Positions 30,501-43,860 are shown, numbered from the stretch's first letter. The stretch: 64,000 nt of DNA from Eledone cirrhosa (GCA_964016885.1 OZ024742.1:371752001-371816000); one strand, 5' to 3'. Translations and numbers: made by a program. The notes: generated by a model from the sequence alone, not told the origin.

Positions 30501-33500
30501 TAAATGATACAGCCTACCTACTCTAAATGATAGTCTACCTACTCTAAATGATAGTCTACCTACTCTAAATGATGGTCTACCTACTCTAAATAATAGTCTA
30601 CCTGCTCTAAATAATAGTCTACCTACTCTAAATGATAGTCTACCTACTTTAAATAATACAGCCTACCTACTCTAAATGATAGTTTACCTACTCTAAATGA
30701 TAGTCTACCTACTCTAAATAATAGTCTACCTACTCTAAATAATAGTCTACCTACTCTAAATTATAGTCTACCTACTCTAAATAATAGTTTACCTACTCTA
30801 AATGATAGTCTACCTACTCTAAATAAAATAGTCTACCTACTCTAAATAATAGTCTACCTACTCTAAATAATAGTCTACCTTCTCTAAATGATAGTATACC
30901 TACTCTAAATGATACAGCCTACCTACTCTAAATGATACAGCCTACATACTCTAAATGATACAACCTACCTACTCTAAATGATAGTCTACCTACTCTAAAT
31001 GATATTCTACCTACTCTAAATGATAGTCTACCTACTCTAAATAATAGTCTACCTACTCTAAATGATAGTCTACCTACTCTAAATGATACAGTCTACCTAC
31101 TCTAAATGATACAGCCTACCTACTCTAAATGATAGTCTACCTATTCTAAATGATAGTCTACCTACTCTAAATGATACAGTCTACCTATTCTAAATGATAG
31201 TCTACCTACTCTAAATGATACAGTCTACCTACTCTAAATGATACAGCCTACCTACTCTAAATGATAGTCTACCTATTCTAAATGATAGTCTACCTACTCT
31301 AAATGATACAGTCTACCTATTCTAAATGATAGTCTACCTACTCTAAATGATACAGCCTACCTACTCTAAATGATACGGTCTACCTACTCTAAATGATAGT
31401 CTACCTACTCTAAATGATACAGCCTACCTACTCTAAATGATAGTCTACCTACTCTAAATGATAGTGTACGTCCTCTAAATAATAGCCTACCTACTCTAAA
31501 TGATAGTCTACCTACTCTAAATGATAGTCTACCTACTCTAAATGATAGTCTACCTACTCTAAATGATACAGTCTACCTACTCTAAATGATACAGTCTACC
31601 TACTCTAAATGATAGCCTACCTACTATAAATAATACAGTCTACCTACTCTAAATGATACAGTCTACCTACTCTAAATGATAGTCTACCTACTCTAAATGA
31701 TACAGTCTACCTACTCTAAATGATACAGCCTACCTGCTCTAAATAATAGTCTACCTACTCTAAATGATAGTCTACCTACTCTAAATGATAGTCTACCTAC
31801 TCTAAATAATAGTCTACCTACTCTAAATAATAGTCTACCTACTCTAAATAATACAGCCTACCTACTCTAAATGATAGTCTACCTACTCTAAATAATAGTC
31901 TACCTACTCTAAATGATACAGCCTACCTACTCTAAATGATAGTCTACCTACTCTAAATAATAGTCTACCTACTCTAAATGATACAGTCTACCTACTCTAA
32001 ATGATAGTCTACCTACTCTAAATAATAGTCTACCTACTCTAAATGATACAGCCTACCTACTCTAAATGATACAGTCTACCTACTCTAAATGATACAGTCT
32101 ACCTACTCTAAATGGTAGTCTACCTACTCTAAATGATACAGTCTACCTACTCTAAATGATACAGTCTACCTACTCTAAATGATAGCCTACCTACTCTAAA
32201 TGATAGTCTACCTACTCTAAATAATAGTCTACCTACTCTAAATAATAGTCTACCACTCTAAATGATACAGTCTACCTACTCTAAATGATACAGCCTACCT
32301 ACTCTAAATGATAGTCTACCTACTCTAAATGATACAGTCTACCTACTCTAAATGATACAGTCTACCTACTCTAAATGATAGTCTACCTACTCTAAATGAT
32401 ACAGTCTACCTACTCTAAATGATAGTCTACCTACTCTAAATGATACAGTCTACCTACTCTAAATGATACAGTCTACCTACTCTAAATGATAGCCTACCTA
32501 CTCTAAATGATACAGTCTACCTACTCTAAATGATACAGTCTACCTACTCTAAATAATGGTCTACCTACTCTAAATGATAGTCTACCTACTCTAAATGATA
32601 GTCTACCTACTCTAAATAATACAGTCTACCTACTCTAAATGATACAGCCTACCTGCTCTAAATGATAGTCTACCTACTCTAAATGATAGCCTACCTACTC
32701 TAAATAATACAGTCTACCTACTCTAAATGATACAGTCTACCTACTCTAAATGATAGTCTACCTACTCTAAATGATACAGTCTACCTACTCTAAATGATAC
32801 AGCCTACCTGCTCTAAATAATAGTCTACCTACTCTAAATGATAGTCTACCTACTCTAAATGATAGTCTACCTACTCTAAATAATAGTCTACCTACTCTAA
32901 ATAATAGTCTACCTACTCTAAATAATACAGCCTACCTACTCTAAATGATAGTCTACCTACTCTAAATAATAGTCTACCTACTCTAAATGATACAGCCTAC
33001 CTACTCTAAATGATAGTCTACCTACTCTAAATAATAGTCTACCTACTCTAAATGATACAGTCTACCTACTCTAAATGATAGTCTACCTACTCTAAATAAT
33101 AGTCTACCTACTCTAAATGATACAGTCTACCTACTCTAAATAATAGTCTACCTACTCTAAATGATACAGCCTACCGACTCTAAATGATACAGCCTACCTA
33201 CTCTAAATGATAGTCTACCTACTCTAAATGATAGTCTACCTACTCTAAATGATGGTCTACCTACTCTAAATAATAGTCTACCTGCTCTAAATAATAGTCT
33301 ACCTACTCTAAATGATAGTCTACCTACTTTAAATAATACAGCCTACCTACTCTAAATGATAGTTTACCTACTCTAAATGATAGTCTACCTACTCTAAATA
33401 ATAGTCTACCTACTCTAAATAATAGTCTACCTACTCTAAATTATAGTCTACCTACTCTAAATAATAGTTTACCTACTCTAAATGATAGTCTACCTACTCT

Positions 33501-36500
33501 AAATAAAATAGTCTACCTACTCTAAATAATAGTCTACCTACTCTAAATAATAGTCTACCTTCTCTAAATGATAGTATACCTACTCTAAATGATACAGCCT
33601 ACCTACTCTAAATGATACAGCCTACATACTCTAAATGATACAACCTACCTACTCTAAATGATAGTCTACCTACTCTAAATGATATTCTACCTACTCTAAA
33701 TGATAGTCTACCTACTCTAAATAATAGTCTACCTACTCTAAATGATAGTATACCTACTCTAAATGATACAGTCTACCTACTCTAAATGATAGTCTACCTA
33801 TTCTAAATGATAGTCTACCTACTCTAAATGATACAGTCTACCTATTCTAAATGATAGCCTACCTACTCTAAATGATAGTCTACCTATTCTAAATGATAGT
33901 CTACCTACTCTAAATGATACAGTCTACCTATTCTAAATGATAGTCTACCTACTCTAAATGATAGTCTACCTACTCTAAATGATACAGCCTACCTACTCTA
34001 AATAATAGTCTACCTACTCTAAATGATAGTATACCTACTCTAAATGATACAGTCTACCTACTCTAAATGATAGTCTACCTATTCTAAATGATAGTCTACC
34101 TACTCTAAATGATAGTCTACCTACTCTAAATGATAGTCTACCTACTCTAAATGATACAGCCTACCTACTCTAAATGATAGTCTACCTACTCTAAATGATA
34201 GTGTACGTCCTCTAAATAATAGCCTACCTACTCTAAATGATAGTCTACCTACTCTAAATGATAGTCTACCTACTCTAAATGATAGTCTACCTACTCTAAA
34301 TGATACAGTCTACCTACTCTAAATGATAGTCTACCTACTCTAAATGATACAGTCTACCTACTCTAAATGATAGTCTACCTACTCTAAATGATACAGCCTA
34401 CCTACTCTAAATGATACAGTCTACCTACTCTAAATGATAGTCTACCTACTCTAAATGATAGTCTACCTACTCTAAATGATACTCTACCTACTCTAAATGA
34501 TACAGCCTACCTACTCTAAATGATACAGTCTACCTACTCTAAATGATACAGTTTACCTACTCTAAATGATGGTCTACCTACTCTAAATGATACAGTCTAC
34601 CTACTCTAAATGATACAGTCTACCTACTCTAAATGATAGCCTACCTACTCTAAATGATAGTCTACCTACTCTAAATAATAGTCTACCTACTCTAAATAAT
34701 AGTCTACCACTCTAAATGATACAGTCTACCTACTCTAAATGATACAGCCTACCTACTCTAAATGATACTCTACCTACTCTAAATGATACAGTCTACCTAC
34801 TCTAAATGATACAGTCTACCTACTCTAAATGATAGTCTACCTACTCTAAATGATACAGTCTACCTACTCTAAATGATAGTCTACCTACTCTAAATGATAC
34901 AGTCTACCTACTCTAAATGATACAGTCTACCTACTCTAAATGATAGCCTACCTACTCTAAATAATACAGTCTACCTACTCTAAATGATACAGTCTACCTA
35001 CTCTAAATGATAGTCTACCTACTCTAAATGATACAGTCTACCTACTCTAAATGATACAGCCTACCTGCTCTAAATAATAGTCTACCTACTCTAAATGATA
35101 GTCTACCTACTCTAAATGATAGTCTACCTACTCTAAATAATAGTCTACCTACTCTAAATAATAGTCTACCTACTCTAAATAATACAGCCTACCTACTCTA
35201 AATGATAGTCTACCTACTCTAAATAATAGTCTACCTACTCTAAATAATAGTCTACCTACTCTAAATGATACAGTCTACCTACTCTAAATGATAGTCTACC
35301 TACTCTAAATAATAGTCTACCTACTCTAAATGATACAGTCTACCTACTCTAAATAATAGTCTACCTACTCTAAATGATACAGCCTACCGACTCTAAATGA
35401 TACAGCCTACCTACTCTAAATGATAGTCTACCTACTCTAAATGATAGTCTACCTACTCTAAATGATGGTCTACCTACTCTAAATAATAGTCTACCTGCTC
35501 TAAATAATAGTCTACCTACTCTAAATGATAGTCTACCTACTTTAAATAATACAGCCTACCTACTCTAAATGATAGTTTACCTACTCTAAATGATAGTCTA
35601 CCTACTCTAAATAATAGTCTACCTACTCTAAATAATAGTCTACCTACTCTAAATTATAGTCTACCTACTCTAAATAATAGTTTACCTACTCTAAATGATA
35701 GTCTACCTACTCTAAATAAAATAGTCTACCTACTCTAAATAATAGTCTACCTACTCTAAATAATAGTCTACCTTCTCTAAATGATAGTATACCTACTCTA
35801 AATGATACAGCGTACCTACTCTAAATGATACAGCCTACATACTCTAAATGATACAACCTACCTACTCTAAATGATAGTCTACCTACTCTAAATGATATTC
35901 TACCTACTCTAAATGATAGTCTACCTACTCTAAATAATAGTCTACCTACTCTAAATGATAGTATACCTACTCTAAATGATACAGTCTACCTACTCTAAAT
36001 GATACAGCCTACCTACTCTAAATGATAGTCTACTTACTCTAAATGATAGTCTACCTACTCTAAATGATACAGTCTACCTATTCTAAATGATAGTCTACCT
36101 ACTCTAAATGATACAGCCTACCTACTCTAAATGATACGGTCTACATACTCTAAATGATAATCTACCTACTCTAAATGATACAGTCTACCTACTCTAAATG
36201 ATAGCCTACCTACTCTAAATAATACAGTCTACCTACTCTAAATGATACAGTCTACCTACTCTAAATGATAGTCTACCTACTCTAAATGATACAGCCTACC
36301 TACTCTAAATAATAGTCTACCTACTCTAAATGATAGTCTACCTACTCTAAATAATAGTCTACCTACTCTAAATGATACAGTCTAACTACTCTAAATGATA
36401 GCCTACCTACTCTAAATGATATAGTCTACCTACTCTAAATAATAGTCTACCTACTCTAAATGATACAGTCTACCTACTCTAAATGATAGTCTACCTACTC

Positions 36501-39500
36501 TAAATGATACAGTCTACCTACTCTAAATGATAGTCTACCTACTCTAAATGATACAGTCTACCTACTCTAAATGATAGCCTACCTACTCTAAATGATACAG
36601 TCTACCTACTCTAAATGATAGTCTACCTACTCTAAATGATACAGCCTACCTACTCTAAATAATAGTCTACCTACTCTAAATGATAGTCTACCTACTCTAA
36701 ATGATAATCTACCTACTCTAAATGATACAGCCTACCTACTCTAATTGATAGTCTACCTACTCTAAATGATACAGTCTACCTACTCTAAATGATAGTCTAC
36801 CTACTCTAAATGATAGTCTACCTACTCTAAATGATAGTCTACCTACTCTAAATGATAGTCTACCTACTCTAAATGATAGTCTACCTACTCTAAATGATAG
36901 TCTACCTACTCTAAATGATAGTCTACCTACTCTAAATGATAGTCTACCTACTTTAAATGATAGTCTACCTACTCTAAATGATAGTCTACCTACTCTAAAT
37001 AATAGTCTACCTACTCTAAATGATAGTCTACGTACTCTAAATGATAGTCTGCCTACTCTAAATGATAGTCTACCTACTCTAAATGATACAGTCTACCTAC
37101 TCTAAATGATAGTCTACCTACTCTAAATGATACAGCCTACCTACTCTAAATGATACAGTCTACCTACTCTAAATGATAGTCTACCTACTCTAAATGATAG
37201 TTTACCTACTCTAAATGATAGTTTACCTACTCTAAATGATAGTCTACCTACTCTAAATGATAGTCTACCTACTCTAAATGATAGTCTACCTACTCTAAAT
37301 GATACAGCCTACCTACTCTAAATGATAGTCTACCTACTCTAAATAATACAGCCTACCTGCTCTAAATGATAGCCTACCTACTCTAAATGATAGTTTACCT
37401 ACTCTAAATGATAGTCTACCTACTCTAAATGATAGTCTACCTACTCTAAATAATAGTCTACCTACTCTAAATGATAGTCTACCTACTCTAAATGATAGTC
37501 TACCTACTCTAAATAATACAGCCTACCTGCTCTAAATGATAGTCTACCTACTCTAAATAATAGTCTACCTACTCTAAATGATAGTCAACCTACTCTAAAT
37601 AATGGTCTACCTACTCTAAATGATACAGTGTACCTTTTCTAAATGATAGTCTACCTACTCTAAATAATGGTCTACCTACTCTAAATGATACAGTCTACCT
37701 ACTCTAAATAATAGTCTACCTACTCTAAATGATAGTCTACCTACTCTAAATGATAGTCTACCTACTCTAAATGATACAGCCTACCTACTCTAAATGATAT
37801 AGTCTACCTACTCTAAATGATACAGTCTACCTACTCTAAATGAAAGTCTACCTACTCTAAATAATACAGACTACCTACTCTAAATAATAGTCTACCTACT
37901 CTAAATGATAGTCTACCTACGCTAAATGATAGTCTACCTACTCTAAATGATAGTCTACCTACTCTTAATAATACAGTCTCCCTACTCTAAATGATTGTCT
38001 ACCTACTCTAAATAATGGTCTACCTACTCTAAATGATACAGTCTACCTATTCTAAATGATAGTCTACCTACTCTAAATGATAGTCTACCTACTCTAAATG
38101 ATAGTCTACCTACTCTAAATGATAGTCTACCTACTCTAAATGATACAGCCTACCTACTCTAAATGATACAGCCTCCCTACTCTAAATGATAGTCTACCTA
38201 CTCTAAATGATAGTCTACCTACTCTAAATGATAGTCTACCTACTCTCAATGATAGTCTACCTACTGTAAATAATAGTCTACCTACTCTAAATAATACAGT
38301 CTACCTACTCTAAATGATAGTCTACCTACTCTAAATGATAGTCTACCTACTCTAAATGATAGTCTACCTACTCTAAATGATACAGCCTATCTACTCTAAA
38401 TGATACAGCCTCCCTACTCTAAATGATAGTCTACCTACTCTAAATGATAGTCTACCTACTCTAAATGATAGTCTACCTACTCTCAATGATAGTCTACCTA
38501 CTCTCAATGATAGTCTACCTACTCTAAATGATAGTCTACCTACTCTAAATGATAGTCTACCTACTCTAAATGATACAGCCTACCTACTCTAAATAATAGC
38601 CTACCTACTCTAAATGATACAGTCTACCTACTCTAAATGATACAGTCTACCTACTGTAAATAATACAGCCTACCTACTCTAAATGATAGTCTACCTACTC
38701 TAAATGATACAGCCTACCTACTCTAAATGATAGTCTACCTACTCTAAATGATAGTCTACCTACTCTAAATGATACAGCCTACCTACTCTAAATGATAGTC
38801 TAACTACTCTAAATAATAGTCTACCTACTCTAAATGATAGTCTACCTACTCTAAATAATAGTCTACCTACTCTAAATGATAGTGTACCTACTCTAAATGA
38901 TAGTCTACCTACTCTAAATGATAGTCTACCTACTCTAAATAATAGTCTACCTACTCTAAATGATACAGCCTACCTACTCTAAATGATAGTCTACCTACTC
39001 TAAATAATAGTCTACCTACTCTAAATGATAGTCTACCTACTCTAAATAATAGTCTACCTACTCTAAATAATAGTCTACCTACTCTAAATGATAGTCTACC
39101 TACTCTAAATAATAGTCTACCTACTCTAAATGATAGTCTACCTACTCTAAATAATAGTCTACCTTCTCTAAATGATAGTATACCTACTCTAAATGATACA
39201 GCCTACCTACTCTAAATGATACAGCCTACATACTCTAAATGATACAACCTACCTACTCTAAATGATAGTCTACCTACTCTAAATGATATTCTACCTACTC
39301 TAAATGATAGTCTACCTACTCTAAATAATAGTCTACCTTCTCTAAATGATAGTATATCTACTCTAAATGATACAGCCTACCTACTCTAAATGATAGTCTA
39401 CCTTCTCTAAATAATACAGCCTACCTACTCTAAATGATAGTTTACCTACTCTAAATGATAGTCTACCTACTCTAAATGATACAGCCTACCTACTCTAACT

Positions 39501-40263
39501 GATAGTCTAACTACTCTAAATAATAGTCTACCTACTCTAAATGATAGTCTACCTACTCTAAATAATAGTCTACCTACTCTAAATAATAGTCTACCTACTC
39601 TAAATGATAGTCTACCTACTCTAAATGATAGTCTACCTACTCTAAATGATAGTCTACCTACTCTAAATAATAGTCTACCTACTCTAAATGATACAGCCTA
39701 CCTACTCTAAATGATAGTCTACCTACTCTAAATAATAGTCTGCCTACTCTAAATGATAGTCTACCTACTCTAAATAATAGTCTACCTACTCTAAATAATA
39801 GTCTACCTACTCTAAATGATAGTCTACCTACTCTAAATAATAGTCTACCTACTCTAAATGATAGTCTACCTACTCTAAATAATAGTCTACCTACTCTAAA
39901 TAATAGTCTACCTATTCTAAATAATAGTCCACCTACTCTAAATAATAGTCTACCTATACTAAACCAAAAACACAATTATGTAATACATGTATATAATTTC
40001 ATCCTTTTAACACCTATTTTCCCTACTAACAAGACTTGGGTGGATCATTACAGATTATGTCAGTACTTGAGCTACTTTACTTTTAAATGGGTTGGGGCCC
40101 CATTTCCTGTTTACATACATTCCTGCACTCAACAGAGTGCACAGGGTGCATTTTACCATAGGACAAGCATCAAAGAGGTTGGGTGGGGGAACTGTCGTGT
40201 CTTTAAAACATCTGAAGAGCGTACCTAATCCTTTGTATTTGTTTTGTGTAAGAAGTTAGTTAA

Positions 40264-40282
40264 TCCTTGACCTGTGTGTCAG
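40264..40282 (+). promoter_or_regulatory. U12-type (minor spliceosome) branch point and 3' splice site
   Basis: TCCTTGAC at 40264-40271 matches the U12 branch consensus TTCCTTRAC. The branch A (40270) is 12 nt from the end of the AG (40281-40282). There is no polypyrimidine tract (CTGTGTGTCAG) and the intron is phase 1. Confidence 0.8.
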
Positions 40283-40410
40283 TATTTCGCCACTGCCCAT
40301 TCCTAAATCAATACGCCGAAGAAGTAGACAAACGGTTTGAAGATTGGAAGCAATACAAGATGAGTGTTCCTACATATGGTGCCATTATTTTGGATCCAGA
40401 GATGAAGTTT
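40283..40410 (+). CDS. DCP2: DCP2 internal coding exon (probably equivalent to vertebrate exon 3): xFRHCPFLNQYAEEVDKRFEDWKQYKMSVPTYGAIILDPEMKF
   Basis: AG|...|GTAAGT boundaries, 128 bp. The W-x-x-Y-K-x-x-V-P-x-Y-G-A-I-I-L motif marks the end of the Dcp2 BoxA domain and the start of the Nudix domain. Confidence 0.93.
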
Positions 40411-40754
40411 GTAAGTTCTACTGTTTTATATACTACTACTACTGCTTCCTTTACTTCTTTTTCTTCTAGTAGTTGTGGTTGATTCTTCCTCTATATCGCT
40501 TTATCATCTCTCTCTCTCCTCTGGAAAAAGTCAGCAGTGTTCAAACCTTCAGAGATGGGATCTGTTAGGTTTCAAATGCTAAAGAAATGCTATATGTCAG
40601 AACAGCTACACTATGACTCCACCAGGGGTACTGGTCTATACATAAACATAGATAGGAAATCAAATATGACTTCCTATTTATCTGTATGTATAAACCAGTA
40701 ACTCCTGGTCATAGGCGAGCTGTAGTGACACTTGTGATAAGATGGTGTTGGTTT

Positions 40755-42592
40755 GGACATGTAATGCTGCATGGTAGTGAGACATGGGCAGTGACTGCAG
40801 AGGACATGTGTTGCTACATGGTAGTGAGACATGGGCAGTGACTGCAGAGGACATGTGATGCTGCATGGTAGTGAGACATGGGCAGTGACTGCAGAGGACA
40901 TGTGTTGCTACATGGTAGTGAGACATGGGCAGTGACTGCAGAGGACATGTGTTGCTACATGGTAGTGAGACATGGGCAGTGACTGCAGAGGACATGTGAT
41001 GCTGCATGGTAGTGAGACATGGGCAGTGACTGCAGAGGACATGTGATGCTGCATGGTAGTGAGACATGGGCAGTGACTGCAGAGGACATGTGATGCTGCA
41101 TGGTAGTGAGACATGGGCAGTGACTGCAGAGGACATGTGTTGCTACATGGTAGTGAGACATGGGCAGTGACTGCAGAGGACATGTGATGCTGCATGGTAG
41201 TGAGACATGGGCAGTGACTGCAGCGGACATGTGATGCTGCATGGTAGTGAGACATGGGCAGTGACTGCAGAAGACATGTGGTGCTGCATGGTAGTGAGAC
41301 ATGGGCTGTGGCTGCAGAAGACATGTGGTGCTGCATGGTAGTGAGACATGGGCAGTGATTGCAGAAGACATGTGTTGCTACATGGTAGTGAGACATGGGC
41401 TGTGGCTGCAGAAGACATGTGGTGCTGCATGGTAGTGAAACATGGCTGTGGCTGCAGAAGACATGTGGTGCTGCATGGTAGTGAGACATGGGCAGTGACT
41501 GCAGAGGACATGTGATGCTGCATGGTAGTGAGACATGGGCAGTGACTGCAGAGGACATGTGATGCTGCATGGTAGTGAGACATGGGCAGTGACTGCAGAG
41601 GACATGTGATGCTGCATGGTAGTGAGACATGGGCAGTGACTGCAGAAGACATGTGGTGCTGCATGGTAGTGAGACATGGGCAGTGATTGCAGAAGACATG
41701 TGTTGCTACATGGTAGTGAGACATGGGCTGTGGCTGCAGAAGACATGTGGTGCTGCATGGTAGTGAAACATGGCTGTGGCTGCAGAAGACATGTGGTGCT
41801 GCATGGTAGTGAGACATGGGCAGTGATTGCAGAAGACATGTGTTGCTGCATGGTAATGAGACATGGGCAGTGACTGCAGAAGACATGTGATGCTGCATGG
41901 TAGTGAGACATGGGCAGTGACTGCAGAGGACATGTGATGCTGCATGGTAGTGAGACATGGGCAGTGACTGCAGAGGACATGTGTTGCTACATGGTAGTGA
42001 GACATGGGCAGTGACTGCAGAGGACATGTGATGCTGCATGGTAGTGAGACATGGGCAGTGACTGCAGAGGACATGTGATGCTGCATGGTAGTGAGACATG
42101 GGCTGTGGCTGCAGAAGACATGTGGTGCTGCATGGTAGTGAGACATGGGCAGTGATTGCAGAAGACATGTGTTGCTGCATGGTAATGAGACATGGGCAGT
42201 GACTGCAGAAGACATGTGGTGCTGCATGGTAGTGAAACATGGGCTGTGACTGCAAAAGACATGTGGTGCTGCATGGTAGTGAAACATGGGCTGTGACTAC
42301 AGAAGACATGTAGTACTACATGGTAGTGAGACATGTGTTGTGACTGCAGAAGACATGTGTTGCTACATGGTAGTGAAACATGGGCTGTGACTACAGAAGA
42401 CATGTGGTACTACATGGTAGTAAGACATGGGTTGTGACTGCAGAAGACATGTGTTGCTGCATGGTAATGAGACATGGGCAGTGACTGCAGAAGACATGTG
42501 GTGCTGCATGGTAGTGAAACATGGGCTGTGGCTGCAAAAGACATGTGGTGCTGCATGGTAGTGAAACATGGGCTGTGACTGCAGAAGACATG
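40755..42592 (+). repeat. 47-bp tandem repeat (~39 copies) derived from RTE LINE ORF2 (MLHGSETWAVTAEDM)
   Basis: Unit CATGTGATGCTGCATGGTAGTGAGACATGGGCAGTGACTGCAGAGGA translates to MLHGSETWAVTAED, matching MLHGSETW in the LINE ORFs 49125-49745 and 45600-46448. The last unit continues directly into LINE sequence (KLERNEATM). Confidence 0.95.
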
Positions 42593-42980
42593 GGTAAACT
42601 GGAGAGAAATGAAGCAACCATGCTTTGTTGGATGTGAAATGTAAATATGAGAGAAAAGCAGAGCTTGGATGAGCTGAGAGAGAAGCTGGGTTTAAGGAGA
42701 ATCCAGGATGGTGTGTAGGAGAGAAAGACTTCATTGGTATGGACGTGTGATACACATGGACAATGACCATTGGGGAAAGAAGTACCAGGAAATGCCAGTG
42801 GAAGGAATCTGCAGTAGAAGTAGACAGAGAAAGTCCTGGGCAGAGGTTGTGAGTGTGGACCTCAAATCAATGAGACTGGCCGAGGCGATGACAAAGGAGT
42901 GTGACAAATTGAGAGATGCCGTACTGAGAAGGACCATGCAAGTGTGGAAAAAGGGATGTAAAAACAATGATAATAGATGA
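42593..42980 (+). mobile_element. Decayed RTE-clade LINE 3' fragment, the host of the 47-bp array
   Basis: KLERNEATMLCWM, LHWYGRVIHM and SRSRQRKSWAEVV motifs with in-frame stops and a degenerate GAT-type tail. Confidence 0.88.
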
Positions 42981-43047
42981 GAAAGAGGGAGAGAGGGGTT
43001 GGGGGAAAGACATTACCTGTATTCATTCAGTTTGTCTCCTTTTTCAG

Positions 43048-43146
43048 GTGTTACTTGTTCAAGGTTACTGGGCCAAATCTAGCTGGGGGTTCCCAAAAGG
43101 TAAAATTAATGAAGATGAAACAGAACAAGAATGTGCAGTGAGAGAG
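43048..43146 (+). CDS. DCP2: DCP2 coding exon: [33 protein letters not shown] (first half of the Nudix box)
   Basis: TTTTTCAG|GTG ... GAG|GTAAGT, 99 bp, phase 0/0. Contains WGFPKGK and GX5EX7RE. Confidence 0.95.
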
Positions 43147-43171
43147 GTAAGTAGTTCTATAGTTTATGTCA

Positions 43172-43400
43172 TTAGACTGAGGCCATATTGGGGCACTGCT
43201 TTGAAGGGATTTAGCCAATCATATTGACCACTGTCCTTATTTTTTTCAAGTCTGGTTCATGTTTTATTGATTTCTTTTGTTGTTGTTGAAGTGCGCAGAT
43301 ACAAACATAAACAAAGACACCAGTATGTACACACACACACACACGCACACACACATCAACAGTAGTAAGGCGTTCAGATATTCTTTTAAAGCTCAACTGG
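43172..43400 (-). mobile_element. Probable degenerate SINE fragment with a (CA)n tract
   Basis: GACTGAGGCCATATTGGGGCACTGCTTTGAAGGG...(CA)n resembles an abundant cephalopod SINE segment. Recognised from memory only. Confidence 0.4.
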
Positions 43401-43528
43401 TTTATTTTATATCCAGTATAACGAGAGATATTTCAGGGATAAATCTAGTTGGTATACTTCTGGTCATCTTAGATTTAAACCACAGAGCATATATTAACCA
43501 AGAAAAAGTCACCAAGTTCAACAGTTAA

Positions 43529-43560
<32 letters not shown>

Positions 43561-43659
43561 AATAAATTCGAGTATGTGTTGGTTAGTTACTGACACTTCA
43601 GTATGCAAGGTAGAGCACTCAACGAAGTGCGCAGGTTAGTCTGTTTACTCCGGAGTAAT

Positions 43660-43856
43660 TTAAAAACAGTAGAAGGAAGACGCAGTAGAGGAAGATCACG
43701 AAAAACATGGGCGGAAGTGGTGAGAGCTGACCTCAGATGGCTGAAACTCACGGAGGAGATGACGAAGGACCATGACAAGTGGAGAGATGCTGTGCTGAAT
43801 AGGACCTGTCCCACCCTTGCAAGCAGGGAAATGCGGACGTAAAATGATGATGATGA
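43660..43856 (+). mobile_element. Short 5'-truncated RTE LINE 3' end
   Basis: VEGRRSRGRSRKTWAEVVRADL...DKWRDAV followed by a (GAT)n tail at ~43844-43856. Confidence 0.8.
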
Positions 43857-43860
43857 AGTG

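Larger units (their letters stand above)
1..39955. repeat. Giant tandem satellite of mixed 21-bp (CTACCTACTCTAAATGATAGT) and 23-bp (CTACCTACTCTAAATGATACAGT) units, roughly 1,800 copies; runs off the window start
   Basis: Continuous head-to-tail units visible directly. Common variants are AATAATAG/AATGATAG and AGCCTA/AGTCTA. The array ends abruptly at ...AATAGTCTACCTATACTAAACC near 39955. Confidence 0.99.

Noticed and set aside
1-39955. Telomeric repeat, or an information-bearing 21/23 code
   Set aside because: The unit is not a TTAGGG-type repeat. The variant order is explained by nested duplications.
39679-39975. 98-aa minus-strand ORF (LSFRVGR repeats)
   Set aside because: It is the translation of a run of pure 21-bp satellite units (21 is divisible by 3); there is no other evidence of coding.
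39998-40035. ATCCTTTTAAC and TACTAAC motifs as alternative splice signals
   Set aside because: TCATCCTTT lacks the RT dinucleotide of a U12 donor, TACTAAC is too close to the next AG, and the downstream ORF (40040-40228) has no Dcp2 similarity.
40674-42770. Many overlapping Cys/His-rich minus-strand ORFs that look metallothionein- or keratin-like
   Set aside because: They are antisense readings of the 47-bp repeat cycling through three frames; the + strand is LINE-derived.
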